60,920 nucleotides of DNA from Candidatus Poseidoniaceae archaeon (lineage in GTDB: Archaea; Thermoplasmatota; Poseidoniia; Poseidoniales; Poseidoniaceae). The translations under genes and the position numbers were made by a program. How positions within the stretch are numbered: position 1 is the first letter of the stretch; the number at the start of each line of letters is the position of its first letter. The notes below the pieces were generated by a model, which worked only from the letters and a program-made list of their open reading frames with translations, did no database searches and was not told where the DNA came from. Below are positions 1-9,367 of the stretch, one piece after another. Location of the stretch: contig JASMHR010000001.1 of assembly GCA_030750665.1 (NCBI GenBank), forward strand, positions 1-60,920. The letters are read 5' to 3'.

Positions 1-402
1 AAATTCAATATTAGAAGACAGGTGTCAGGTGGTAAATTTGAGAAGAAAGTCGAACAGTGGGTAGAATTATTATTACCAAATTCAGAATTTATCACCCATC
101 AAGAAATAGTGAATCTAAAAGGAAAGCATTATGGAGACCTCAGGGTAGTGAAATACACTCCAGACATTCTGTTTGAAAAACCAGTTCATATCGAACAAGT
201 CTCTGCTGATATTCGTTGGATTGAAATCAAGAAGCATTTCATTGATCCTGCATTTTCGACTGATGAGGTTGTTGAGAAAATTTCACGTCAATTGAAAAAT
301 TATCTGACTCATTATGGGAAAGGCTTGGTGGTTTGGGATAATTCATTCTCCGAAGAGTGGTTGGAAACGAAGCCGAATATTTTCCATACATCATTGAATT
401 GA
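1..402 (+). CDS. TPD-domain / CDIN1 (C15orf41)-like PD-(D/E)XK nuclease, 5'-truncated by the window edge
   Basis: Frame is open from base 1. Motifs G-KFE, TPDIL..PV, I.WIE.K and QL..Y...YG.GLVVW match the TPD family pattern. Sequence is visibly AT-richer than its neighbours. Confidence 0.7.
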   Translation, partial: KFNIRRQVSGGKFEKKVEQWVELLLPNSEFITHQEIVNLKGKHYGDLRVVKYTPDILFEKPVHIEQVSADIRWIEIKKHFIDPAFSTDEVVEKISRQLKNYLTHYGKGLVVWDNSFSEEWLETKPNIFHTSLN

Positions 403-456
403 TATTACTACCCATACTAAATAGGAAAGTCCGGGCGCCCTTCAAGAGGGACCAGC

Positions 457-2109
457 ATGGTATCGTTCAGTGACCTAGGAATAGAAGACCATCTGGTCAC
501 TGTCCTGAAGCAGCAGGGTATCCTAGAGCCATTCGAGGTCCAGCGCGAAGCCATCCCTGACGGAATGCTTGGACATGACATCTGTTGTAGGGCTCCAACC
601 GGCTCAGGCAAGACCCTTGCATTCGGTCTGCCCTTGCTCTCTCGCACCCGCCGTGCGGATGTTGAGATGCCAACCGCACTTATCCTCACCCCTACCCGTG
701 AACTGGCTGAGCAGATTACCAATGTGCTGAAGCCATTGGCCAAGGCGGCTGATTTGGAAGTACTATCTGTCTATGGAGGCACTTCCTATACTCCACAGCG
801 CAAGGCACTACGAAACGGTGTAGATGTGGTCATCGCTTGCCCAGGACGTCTTCTCGACCTCTTGGACCGTGGAGACCTTGGACTTGCAGATGTCGAGACC
901 GTGGTCATCGATGAGGCTGACCGCATGGCTGACATGGGCTTCATGGGGCCGGTATGTGATATTCTCGATGAGTGTTCATTGGAACGCCAGACTATTCTCT
1001 TCAGCGCAACTCTCGACGATGAGGTTGCTGAACTGGTAGACAAGTATCAACACAATCCAATCACCATTGAAGTGGGACCCAAGGAAGTCAGCATGGACAG
1101 CATGAATCATCTGTTTTGGATGACAAAGAGTCACGACAAGGCGTCGGTTGCTTCTGATGCCATCAAGAAGAGCGGACGCAGCATCGTCTTCTGCCGAACC
1201 CGTGCTGGTGTAGACAGGGTTGGAGACAGATTGGCTGACCAAGGCATCGAGGTTGCAACTCTGCACGGAGGATTGAATCAGCGCCAGAGAGATCGAGCGA
1301 TGCAGCGTTTCAGCAGCAGCAGGTCACAGGCACTGGTGGCAACGGATGTTGCAGCACGAGGCCTAGATATCGAGGGCGTCAACTGTGTCATCCATTTCGA
1401 CCCACCAGAGAATGGCAAGGCGTACAAGCACCGTAGTGGTAGAACAGCAAGAGCAGGTGCAGAAGGAACAGTCATCTCATTGGTTCAGAATCCACAGAGG
1501 CGCGCATTCCAGCGTATACAGAAGCATGTTGGAATCGAATGCGAATTCACCCAACCAGACCTCGAGGATGTGGTCCATCACTCATTCGAGGCCGCTCCTC
1601 GTCCGGAAGGAGAGAGGAATGAGCGTCAAGGCCGACGTTGGTGGGATGACAAGCGAAACAAGGGTCGTCCACGAAAGGTCAGAGGCAACCGCCAACAGAA
1701 TGGTGGCCGAAGACATAACGGTGGTCGTAACAGGAATCACGAGCGCAATGACCGAGGCTCGCAAGGCAACGGTGAAGGAAGAAGCGATCGAGGTGGTCGC
1801 CATGACAGGAACGACGGTGGTCAGCGAAATCATCGCAATGGTGGTAATCAGAATGGAAATCACCGCAATGGCCGAAGAAATGGCCACAGTCAGAACGGCA
1901 ATCGCCAGAATGACAACCAGAATGGCAATAGGAACGGTAACCAGAATGGCCACAGTCAGAACGGAAATCGCCAGAATGACAACCGGAACGGTGGCAACCA
2001 GAATGGCCGAAGAAACGGTTCACAAGATGGCAGGCACAATCGTCGAAGAAACAAGCATTCCTCGGCCAATACTCGTCAATATCGCCGCAGTGGCCCAAGA
2101 AGGAACTGA
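457..2109 (+). CDS. DEAD-box RNA helicase with N/G/R/Q-rich low-complexity C-terminal tail
   Basis: Q motif (PFEVQ), APTGSGKT, PTRELA, DEAD, SAT, ARGLD and HRSGRTAR are all present. Confidence 0.95.
   Translation: MVSFSDLGIEDHLVTVLKQQGILEPFEVQREAIPDGMLGHDICCRAPTGSGKTLAFGLPLLSRTRRADVEMPTALILTPTRELAEQITNVLKPLAKAADLEVLSVYGGTSYTPQRKALRNGVDVVIACPGRLLDLLDRGDLGLADVETVVIDEADRMADMGFMGPVCDILDECSLERQTILFSATLDDEVAELVDKYQHNPITIEVGPKEVSMDSMNHLFWMTKSHDKASVASDAIKKSGRSIVFCRTRAGVDRVGDRLADQGIEVATLHGGLNQRQRDRAMQRFSSSRSQALVATDVAARGLDIEGVNCVIHFDPPENGKAYKHRSGRTARAGAEGTVISLVQNPQRRAFQRIQKHVGIECEFTQPDLEDVVHHSFEAAPRPEGERNERQGRRWWDDKRNKGRPRKVRGNRQQNGGRRHNGGRNRNHERNDRGSQGNGEGRSDRGGRHDRNDGGQRNHRNGGNQNGNHRNGRRNGHSQNGNRQNDNQNGNRNGNQNGHSQNGNRQNDNRNGGNQNGRRNGSQDGRHNRRRNKHSSANTRQYRRSGPRRN
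1879..1984 (+). repeat. Near-identical 40-bp direct repeat (66-bp period) in the helicase tail, encoding NGHSQNGNRQNDN twice
   Basis: aatggccacagtcagaacgg(c/a)aatcgccagaatgacaacc at 1879-1918 and 1945-1984. Confidence 0.9.
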
Positions 2110-2128
2110 GTCATCCAACTCATTCGAA

Positions 2129-3091
2129 TTACTCTTCTTCTGAATCTCGATAGTGCAGAACTTCGTACATCGCTTCAGCAATGTTGACTTCAACACCTCG
2201 CTTGTTGGCCCATTCAACCAGTCTTGTGACATCTCTGACCAGGAACTCCTTGGCATTCGGATGTTGCAATGCCACCGCTTGTCCGACGTCGATCACCATC
2301 GGTTGGCCATCATGCCAGAGGATGTTGTATGGGGAAAAATCTGCATGCACTAGTTTTGCATCATTCCAGCAGATACAGAGGAATTCCAGCAATTCATCGA
2401 ACACGCTTTCAGCATCCTCTATCACCACGTCGCGCAGTTTGGGAGATGGCCCCTCCTCATTTCCGAGGTATTCCATCACCAGTACATTCTGGAACACTGC
2501 TATGGGTTCAGGGACTCTTAGATTCCATTTCTTGAGCCTAGTCAGGTTACGGTGTTCCTTGCGTACCCAAATGGTAACCAAGTCTCTGTGTCGACGCTTC
2601 AAGCCTCCGAATCTCGGGTCGCCTTCGATGTACTGCATTAGATTCTTGAAAACTGCATTGGAAGTATGGAAAATTTTCACCGCCACAGGGCCGCGCGGCC
2701 CAATGGCATAGAACACATGTGCTTCCTTACCTCGAGCGATAGGGAATTCCAAGGTATCGATTGTTCCGTTCTTCATCAACTTGTAGAGGCCCATCAGGGT
2801 TGAGCGGTCGAAGACCTGATCAAACACTCGCCGATCTACCCAATCGAAGGAACCACTTCCAAGTACTCCTTCAAGTCCGCCTTCAATCTCTTCGAACATG
2901 CGTTTGTACTTCTTCTCCTTCATCCATGACCAGCCTTTGCCGCCCTTCTCAAGTATATCGAATTCGTGAGGGTCATCATCCTCGTCACGACGCCGCCGTG
3001 TCGGGTTGCTCGAACGATGTCTTCCTCTACCCACGCCGCGCGTGACCCGAATCCGTTGAAGAGGTCTTTGTTCGGCGGAGATTGTTTTCAA
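2129..3091 (-). CDS. rio1: RIO1-family serine kinase/ATPase (true start may be GTG near 3034)
   Basis: GKEA.VF, AVKIF, W..KE..NL, VLVMEY, LVHADFSPYNIL and IDVGQAV motifs; adjacent to aIF1A. Confidence 0.92.
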   Translation of the reverse strand: MKTISAEQRPLQRIRVTRGVGRGRHRSSNPTRRRRDEDDDPHEFDILEKGGKGWSWMKEKKYKRMFEEIEGGLEGVLGSGSFDWVDRRVFDQVFDRSTLMGLYKLMKNGTIDTLEFPIARGKEAHVFYAIGPRGPVAVKIFHTSNAVFKNLMQYIEGDPRFGGLKRRHRDLVTIWVRKEHRNLTRLKKWNLRVPEPIAVFQNVLVMEYLGNEEGPSPKLRDVVIEDAESVFDELLEFLCICWNDAKLVHADFSPYNILWHDGQPMVIDVGQAVALQHPNAKEFLVRDVTRLVEWANKRGVEVNIAEAMYEVLHYRDSEEE

Positions 3092-3636
3092 CCGAAGAGT
3101 TCGTCGATATCTTCGTCGTCTTCATCGTCATCTTCAGCGACATCTTCAGCGACATCATCCTTCTTTTCTTCGCTTTCGACTTCTTTTTCCTCTGCCAGAG
3201 CAGCTGAGTCTTGAACATTGGAGAACAATCCATCATCATCATCTTCATCGTCATCAGCCCCGAAATTGAGGCCAAAGACATCTACATCAGAAGGAAGAAC
3301 CCCTTTTAGCGATAAGTAGTTTGCCTGAGTCTTGTTGTAGCGATGTTTGACATCTGCTTTGGAATCTTGGAAATCCCATGGCCATACGATCAATAAGTCG
3401 CCTTCACGTACCCATTGTCGCCTGCGCATCTTCCCAGGGATTCGTGCCATTCGAGTTTCTCCGTCGGCGCAGAGCACCGTTACTCGTCGACCACCGAGGA
3501 TTGCCTCGGCAAGAGCGAACATCTCGTTCACCTTGGTATTGGGCATCTTGACGCGTATCTTCTCAGAGCCAGTATCACTGTCTAATAATTGGGCGAGATA
3601 CTCCTCGTCGACCTTTTCTTCACGGCGTCTTCCCAC
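3088..3636 (-). CDS. eif1a: Translation initiation factor aIF-1A with long acidic C-terminal extension
   Basis: LGG.RV.V.C.DG..R.ARIPGKMRRR.WVREGD.LIV.PWDFQ..KAD S1-like domain signature. Confidence 0.95.
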   Translation of the reverse strand: MGRRREEKVDEEYLAQLLDSDTGSEKIRVKMPNTKVNEMFALAEAILGGRRVTVLCADGETRMARIPGKMRRRQWVREGDLLIVWPWDFQDSKADVKHRYNKTQANYLSLKGVLPSDVDVFGLNFGADDDEDDDDGLFSNVQDSAALAEEKEVESEEKKDDVAEDVAEDDDEDDEDIDELFG

Positions 3637-3720
3637 GGCTATCAGGGGGGCGAATCGCCATCCCTATGTCAAGGCTCGCAATGTTAGGGGTTGAAGAAGG
3701 AGACTTGGGTCGCCCGCTCC

Positions 3721-4455
3721 ATGCAAGGAATGCCTAGGGTGCCACAGGACCGCATAGCGGTGCTTATAGGTTCCAAGGGCGTTACTAGAAAGTCGCTCCA
3801 AAAAGCGGCAGGGTGCAAGTCAATGTTCATCAACTCGGAAACTGGAGATGTGGATGTCCGTTGGGGTGAACCTGGAACATATGACCCGGTCAGAGCACTG
3901 AAGTTACCTGAGGTGATCAAAGCCATTGGCCGCGGAATGGCTCCTTCAAAGGCAATAAAATTGCTTGAAGATGACTGGTTCTTCCGACTTGTTGACCTCA
4001 AGGAATTCGTCGGTAAGCGTTCCAATCAACAGAGAAGAGTCCGAGCAAGAATAATTGGTTCCCAAGGAAAGATTCGCAAACTCATCGAGAATCTCACTGG
4101 AAGTGAGATTACTATCTATGGCTCAACTGTGGTAGTCGTTGGTGAAGAAGACGGCTTGGAGTCAGCAGTCGATGCAATCGAGAGGCTTGCATCTGGGTCT
4201 GAACATGGACCGGTCATCAAAGGTCTTGAGAAATCACGAAAGAGGCAAAAGATGCAATCTCGTTCTCTCGAATATATTGAGGAGAAGGGCGAATTCTCAG
4301 AATTCGATGTTCTAGTTCCTGGATTATCCGATGTTGCGGCCAAACGTGCATCGCGCCGTCTCAAAGCGGCTCAAGTAGACCCAAACGACGAAGAGCAGGT
4401 TGCAGCGGTCATGGAGATGGCGGAGGATGAATCCGTCACATGGGGGGAGGAGTGA
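3721..4455 (+). CDS. KH-domain rRNA-processing protein (Dim2/Pno1 family)
   Basis: RVPQDRIAVLIG.KG, IKAIGRG, R.RARIIG..GK..K.IE.LTG..I.IYG.TV and GS.HG motifs. Confidence 0.92.
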   Translation: MQGMPRVPQDRIAVLIGSKGVTRKSLQKAAGCKSMFINSETGDVDVRWGEPGTYDPVRALKLPEVIKAIGRGMAPSKAIKLLEDDWFFRLVDLKEFVGKRSNQQRRVRARIIGSQGKIRKLIENLTGSEITIYGSTVVVVGEEDGLESAVDAIERLASGSEHGPVIKGLEKSRKRQKMQSRSLEYIEEKGEFSEFDVLVPGLSDVAAKRASRRLKAAQVDPNDEEQVAAVMEMAEDESVTWGEE

Positions 4456-6244
4456 CTCCCTTCGAGCCGAATCTACGCGTCAACCAAGAGACGAACAATC
4501 CTGCTAAGACCAACAGTCCAATGGTCGGCATGAATCCCGGTACGACATTAAGTGAATTCGTGTTGACTCCAGTCACAACGAAATAATGGGCATTATCGCC
4601 TTCATCCTTTTCATCGATGAGGTCCACTGGGTCAATCACAACCTTCAGGTCCCATTGACCAGCAAAAGCAACAGTATGATTCCAATAGAGAGTTTCTTCA
4701 CTGTCTGAAAGGGTGCCTGCAGGAAGAATACGTGTTTCAACCGTGGTCCAGGAAACATCCGCAGTTCGGTCAGCAGGGGCAACCTGCAGAGTCACTGTCA
4801 GTGCACCACCATATGCTTCGTTACTTGTCACCATGGTACTGATCATGACTGTGGAGACTTCAGAAGTTCCAGGCCTCACAAGGATTCGGTCAATATCCAT
4901 CGCTGTAGGATTCCAACTCAAGTCGAGTCCGGGGAGAATCTGGAATGCTGCATTCTCTGAAGTGATGCTGTTCGTAGCATTGTCAACAATTGTTGCTCGC
5001 AGCATCAGATGTTGGCGGCTCTTTGTCGACCAATCGGTCAAGCCGACAGAACCAGTCAGTCCATTGTTCATCGAGATCCATGTACCGGTGATATCTGGCA
5101 TTGAACCGATTCCGTCGCTGTCAAAGCCATACTGAATGAGACAATTGCTTTCGTCGATTCCAGAAAGAGCATCAGCAGCCAGATAATCGATTTGTACTGC
5201 TCCGACTCTGCTGGTGTTCAATTCAGGCACATTCCATCCTCCTAGCAGAGGAATAGTAAGATCAACACCAATCTCGGTGTTGGTAGGGTCACCAGCATTC
5301 CCCACTCTGTCAACTGCTCTGGAATAGATGGTGTGAACACCTTCACTCAATGTCAGTGCTGCGGAGCCAGTTGCTCCAGCATTCTGCCACTCACCGTCGC
5401 CAATCTTGATCTCATAGTAGTCGATGCCGCTACCACCGTTATCGCTCGCTCCATTTGACAGGCCAGTCAGAGAAACCGATGTCGTGTCAATCCAGCCGGA
5501 AGAGGATGCACTCGGTGTTCCAGCGCTTGGACCACTTCGGTCGATGCCCATGTGCATCGTCTGAGAGGAAGAAAGGCCAGAATCATCGTAAACGGTCAAC
5601 CGCGGGCTCCATTTCCCCTCCTCAAGATCGCCATTGGACCAGTTCCATGAATGTTCTAGCGAACCCGGGCCATCATTTGTTGGAGAACCGGGCCCTGGAA
5701 CATTGCTTAGTGTGGCATATGAGATATCATCGTCATCGGCACTCCAATTGAAAATCAGATTTCCGTCTGCCGCAGTGTTGGTCCATGCTCTGTTGCTGGG
5801 TGATGAACCATCTCCGGTGATTACATCCTCAAGAGTGAATTCAGTGATGACTGGAATTTGGTTGGCGATGGTGAAATTCTCAGTACTGAATTGAGCTGTA
5901 CTGTTTCCTTCTGAATCCACACCTGATACTCGCAATCGATAACTTCCATTGGAATGGTCTGTGGTATCCCAGTAATGTGTCCAAGGGCTCCCTCCAGTAA
6001 GGGTGCTCAGGGTACTCCAAGAGGTGCCATCAAACAGTTCTACAGCAAGGTTGACCAGCGAAGAACTTCCAGATTCTCCGAACCCTAGAGTATAGGTTCC
6101 TTTGACATCTTGGCCAGTTGTTGGTCCATTGCTGAATGTGATGGTGATATCGCTTTCTCTTCCCGACGCAGATTGTGCTGGAGGAGGAAGAATAGCGGCG
6201 CCTATCAATAGCGCGAGAATCAGGGCGACCATGTGACTACGCAT
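4436..6244 (-). CDS. Secreted Ig-like/CARDB cell-surface protein with PGF-CTERM-like anchor
   Basis: N-terminal signal peptide; Ig-like RAVDRVGN segment; CARDB-like V.IDP.D.IDE.DE.DN; C-terminal VPGF, TM helix, then RR. Confidence 0.7.
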   Translation of the reverse strand: MRSHMVALILALLIGAAILPPPAQSASGRESDITITFSNGPTTGQDVKGTYTLGFGESGSSSLVNLAVELFDGTSWSTLSTLTGGSPWTHYWDTTDHSNGSYRLRVSGVDSEGNSTAQFSTENFTIANQIPVITEFTLEDVITGDGSSPSNRAWTNTAADGNLIFNWSADDDDISYATLSNVPGPGSPTNDGPGSLEHSWNWSNGDLEEGKWSPRLTVYDDSGLSSSQTMHMGIDRSGPSAGTPSASSSGWIDTTSVSLTGLSNGASDNGGSGIDYYEIKIGDGEWQNAGATGSAALTLSEGVHTIYSRAVDRVGNAGDPTNTEIGVDLTIPLLGGWNVPELNTSRVGAVQIDYLAADALSGIDESNCLIQYGFDSDGIGSMPDITGTWISMNNGLTGSVGLTDWSTKSRQHLMLRATIVDNATNSITSENAAFQILPGLDLSWNPTAMDIDRILVRPGTSEVSTVMISTMVTSNEAYGGALTVTLQVAPADRTADVSWTTVETRILPAGTLSDSEETLYWNHTVAFAGQWDLKVVIDPVDLIDEKDEGDNAHYFVVTGVNTNSLNVVPGFMPTIGLLVLAGLFVSWLTRRFGSKGVTPPPM

Positions 6245-6371
6245 ACTGACACGGTATACACGACGCGCCTCGGACTTGAATCCTTGCTAAGCCGAATAGT
6301 CGCCTACGGCGACCTTTCAGGCATTATTGCAGCGGCAGGGTTCAAGTGCCACCCTGTAGGTGTACTGCACA

Positions 6372-9206
6372 ATGGGTCGCCGCTCGCCAATGTGCACAGG
6401 CCTCATCCTCGTGTTGCTGCTGGGCTTGCCATTTGCCGGGTTGGTGGGTGTCAGTGCAGAGAGTAGTGGCGGAATCAATGCTTCTTCCTCAAGTATTGGT
6501 CTTGTGCCTAATGACCCTGTCATGGGGGGTTCAATGGAGATTCGATTGACTCTTGAGAACAGCAATTCGATCATTGCTACAGATGTTGAATATAGATTCT
6601 ACAAGGATGGAATTAATTCTGAATCCAAATTTGTCGAGAACACGGTCAATATCGCTGCCGGAGCGACTGTTGAAGTATCTGCCACCTGGATGTCTTTGAA
6701 TGAAGGAGACCACAAGATATGGGTAGAGATAGAGTATGGTGGAGATTCACCTGCCTCTTTCTACAAGTCCTTCACCGTTAGTGGCCTGGCAAATCTGGAG
6801 ATTGCCAGTCACAGTATTTCTCCGGAATCTGGAATCAGAGAGGGCGATACTATTGAGGTGAGCGTCGAAGTTGAGAACAGTGGAAGTGTTTCGGCACCGG
6901 CAAGTGAGCTTTTCCTCGGAATCGAGGGCTTGTTAGATCTTGATCAATTTCATTCGTTAGATGTCATCAATTCTTCTGAATCAACTTGGGTTAATACCAC
7001 ATTGATTGCACCTGTTGGCGGTGACCACGTCATCGTCATCATGCCTGATGTGAATGATGATGTAGTTGAATCGGTAGAAGGTGAGGAGATTCGCGAGACT
7101 TTGACCGTTGACCCTGAACCGGATTTCATGCATGCTGACGCAACGCTCAGTGTTTCCACACCATCTGATTCGATTCGTGGTGATTGGGAGATAAGCGGGA
7201 TATTGACACGCAAGCATACCAGCGGAGCCAGTGATGTCCAACTTGGCTTCAGTTTTCCAGACCACCTTGCAGATGGGGGTGATTCAATTGGCATTCCACC
7301 AATCACTATTTCGATGGTCGGCGACGATGATATTGTCAACCAATCTTGGAATCTCAATTTGACATGGACCGCTCAACTTCAAAATCTAGGAGAAGGAACG
7401 CATCGTCTTCAAGTTAGAATAGATCCATTCGGACTACTGACACAGGCATTGACCAGCAATGATTATGCAAATGCTAGTATTGAGATAAGGCCTGAACCTA
7501 ATGTCTATGTGGACCAATTCGCAAACCCATCATCTACCAGCGTTGAGGCTGGTGGCGTAGTCAACTGGCGAGTATCAATTTTGAATACGGGAGATATTCC
7601 AGTATCTGGTGGATTGGAAGTAGTGTGGGAGGGACAGACTACATTCTACAACATAGGGACAATAGATGCTGGGATATCGTACATATGGAATGAGGATTTG
7701 TTGACTTCATCCAGTGGCGAGCACCAAGCCGATTTCACAGCCACTTGGATTGCAGACAATGAATCATTTGATGCAAATAGTGCAGACAGTGTTGCTACAG
7801 GTAGTGTGATGGCAACCACTTCCTTGAATATGCAGTTTTCTACATCAACGGCAATTCTGGTCACAAGCAATGGTTTGAATTCCAGCCCCCCTCTTGATCC
7901 TGGGACTTACACCTACAGCATCCAACTGACCTCTTCAGGTCTTGGTGAGACAACCCTTGTCTGTGAGGATATCACCGCAGGCCTTACCACACTATTGAAC
8001 ACGGTTGATGTCAACATCACCGAGAGAGGTACCAAGGTTGACATTTCTTGTACATTTGAGACAGGTGAAAGATCAGCAGTCATCTTGAATATCCGTAGTT
8101 TGGATTCGTCAGTCATCTCCAAACCTCATCAACCAGGTTTCAATGTGGATTTGGCTCAAGGCGACGGATTTGAAGAGGGCGTCAATTCCACAGGCACGAT
8201 ACTGTTATTCGGTTTTTCAGCCTTGATTCTGATTGGAATATTGATTGCAGCGGTCATTCTTACTCGAAGAAGATTCGAGGAGGTTGAACGCGATATCTTC
8301 GACTATTGCCCAGCTTGTGAAGGAGAAATTGAAGGTGATGAAGACAAGTGCCCATATTGTGAATTCAATCTTAAGCGCGCTCGCAGGAAATTCCATAATT
8401 GTGCTTCTTGTGAAGAGAATATTCCGAGTCTACTTGAGAACTGTCCATATTGTGGGGCGGTACAAGATATACGAACTCAATTCAAAGCACGTGAGCGCAA
8501 GCAGGTTGTTGAATTACCAGTCGAGGAAGAGGTTGAGGAAGAGGAAGAAGTCGATGAAGAAGCCATTGTTGCCGGAACAGAAGATTTCGATGAGATGGCT
8601 GGAGAATTCGGCTTTGATGAGGCTGGTTTGGAATCGGAATGGGACGAGAAACTCGAAGAAGCCGAAACTGAGATTGATGAGATGTTGGAGCGTCAAGCAG
8701 CCGAATTGGAATTGTTGGAACCAACCCCAGAGGATGAAGAAGAAGACGGTCCTGTAGCCGCTATTCCAAACATTTCAACTCCTGATTTACAAATGTCAGG
8801 AGTCGATATTGATGAGCTGCTCGGTGATAAGAAAGAGCGTCGCCATCTAGTGGATAGTGGAGATGATGGAGAGTTACTCGATGCGAGTGACGCTGGGATT
8901 CGCAGCGACCTGTTCGATATTACGGGTGAATCGGGTGTACTTCCAGGCCAGGATGTGATTATCGGGATGGGCGTGCAAGATCATCGCTTTGCAGGAAATG
9001 AATTACCCGAAGAGGCGATGGATTTCTCCTTTGTGGATGATGAATTGACACCTGCGGTAGAGAAACGAAAGCGAATTGCAGCTCGACGAAAGAAGGAAGA
9101 CGAAAAAACCGAGCAACCCGCAGAAGTTGGCGAATGTGGAGCTTGTGGTGCAGATATTGAGACAGCAGCCAAGGAATGCCCCACATGTGGCGCTAGATTC
9201 GCTTGA
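6372..9206 (+). CDS. Single-pass membrane protein: extracellular CARDB/Ig repeats, cytoplasmic zinc ribbons and acidic region
   Basis: Signal peptide and several CARDB-like repeats, then a TM helix (GTILLFGFSALILIGILIAAVIL) followed by RRR. CPAC/CPYC/CASC/CPYC and C-terminal CGAC/CPTC zinc ribbons. Confidence 0.75.
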   Translation: MGRRSPMCTGLILVLLLGLPFAGLVGVSAESSGGINASSSSIGLVPNDPVMGGSMEIRLTLENSNSIIATDVEYRFYKDGINSESKFVENTVNIAAGATVEVSATWMSLNEGDHKIWVEIEYGGDSPASFYKSFTVSGLANLEIASHSISPESGIREGDTIEVSVEVENSGSVSAPASELFLGIEGLLDLDQFHSLDVINSSESTWVNTTLIAPVGGDHVIVIMPDVNDDVVESVEGEEIRETLTVDPEPDFMHADATLSVSTPSDSIRGDWEISGILTRKHTSGASDVQLGFSFPDHLADGGDSIGIPPITISMVGDDDIVNQSWNLNLTWTAQLQNLGEGTHRLQVRIDPFGLLTQALTSNDYANASIEIRPEPNVYVDQFANPSSTSVEAGGVVNWRVSILNTGDIPVSGGLEVVWEGQTTFYNIGTIDAGISYIWNEDLLTSSSGEHQADFTATWIADNESFDANSADSVATGSVMATTSLNMQFSTSTAILVTSNGLNSSPPLDPGTYTYSIQLTSSGLGETTLVCEDITAGLTTLLNTVDVNITERGTKVDISCTFETGERSAVILNIRSLDSSVISKPHQPGFNVDLAQGDGFEEGVNSTGTILLFGFSALILIGILIAAVILTRRRFEEVERDIFDYCPACEGEIEGDEDKCPYCEFNLKRARRKFHNCASCEENIPSLLENCPYCGAVQDIRTQFKARERKQVVELPVEEEVEEEEEVDEEAIVAGTEDFDEMAGEFGFDEAGLESEWDEKLEEAETEIDEMLERQAAELELLEPTPEDEEEDGPVAAIPNISTPDLQMSGVDIDELLGDKKERRHLVDSGDDGELLDASDAGIRSDLFDITGESGVLPGQDVIIGMGVQDHRFAGNELPEEAMDFSFVDDELTPAVEKRKRIAARRKKEDEKTEQPAEVGECGACGADIETAAKECPTCGARFA

Positions 9207-9367
9207 GGCGCCTGTCAGCACTCACAGGGTTCGTCATCACCTAATGGCTCGGCTGACCCTCTTTGCTTCATTCAGGCGAGTCAGCGAACAGATACTTGTT
9301 CAAGAAGTCTACGAGAGAATTCGTTTCATCGCCGCCTTGATACGATACGAGTGTCTCGACATTGTTG

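Noticed and set aside
1385..2143. Alternative-frame and antisense ORFs over the helicase tail (252, 123 and 139 aa)
   Set aside because: By-products of low-complexity repeats within a well-supported gene.
3129..3152. 12-bp tandem repeat catcttcagcga x2
   Set aside because: It simply encodes repeated VAED in the aIF1A acidic tail.
9207..9361. Intergenic region with a GCTGAC/GTCAGC stem (9252-9285)
   Set aside because: The stem is short and imperfect, with no tRNA, SRP or riboswitch hallmarks.
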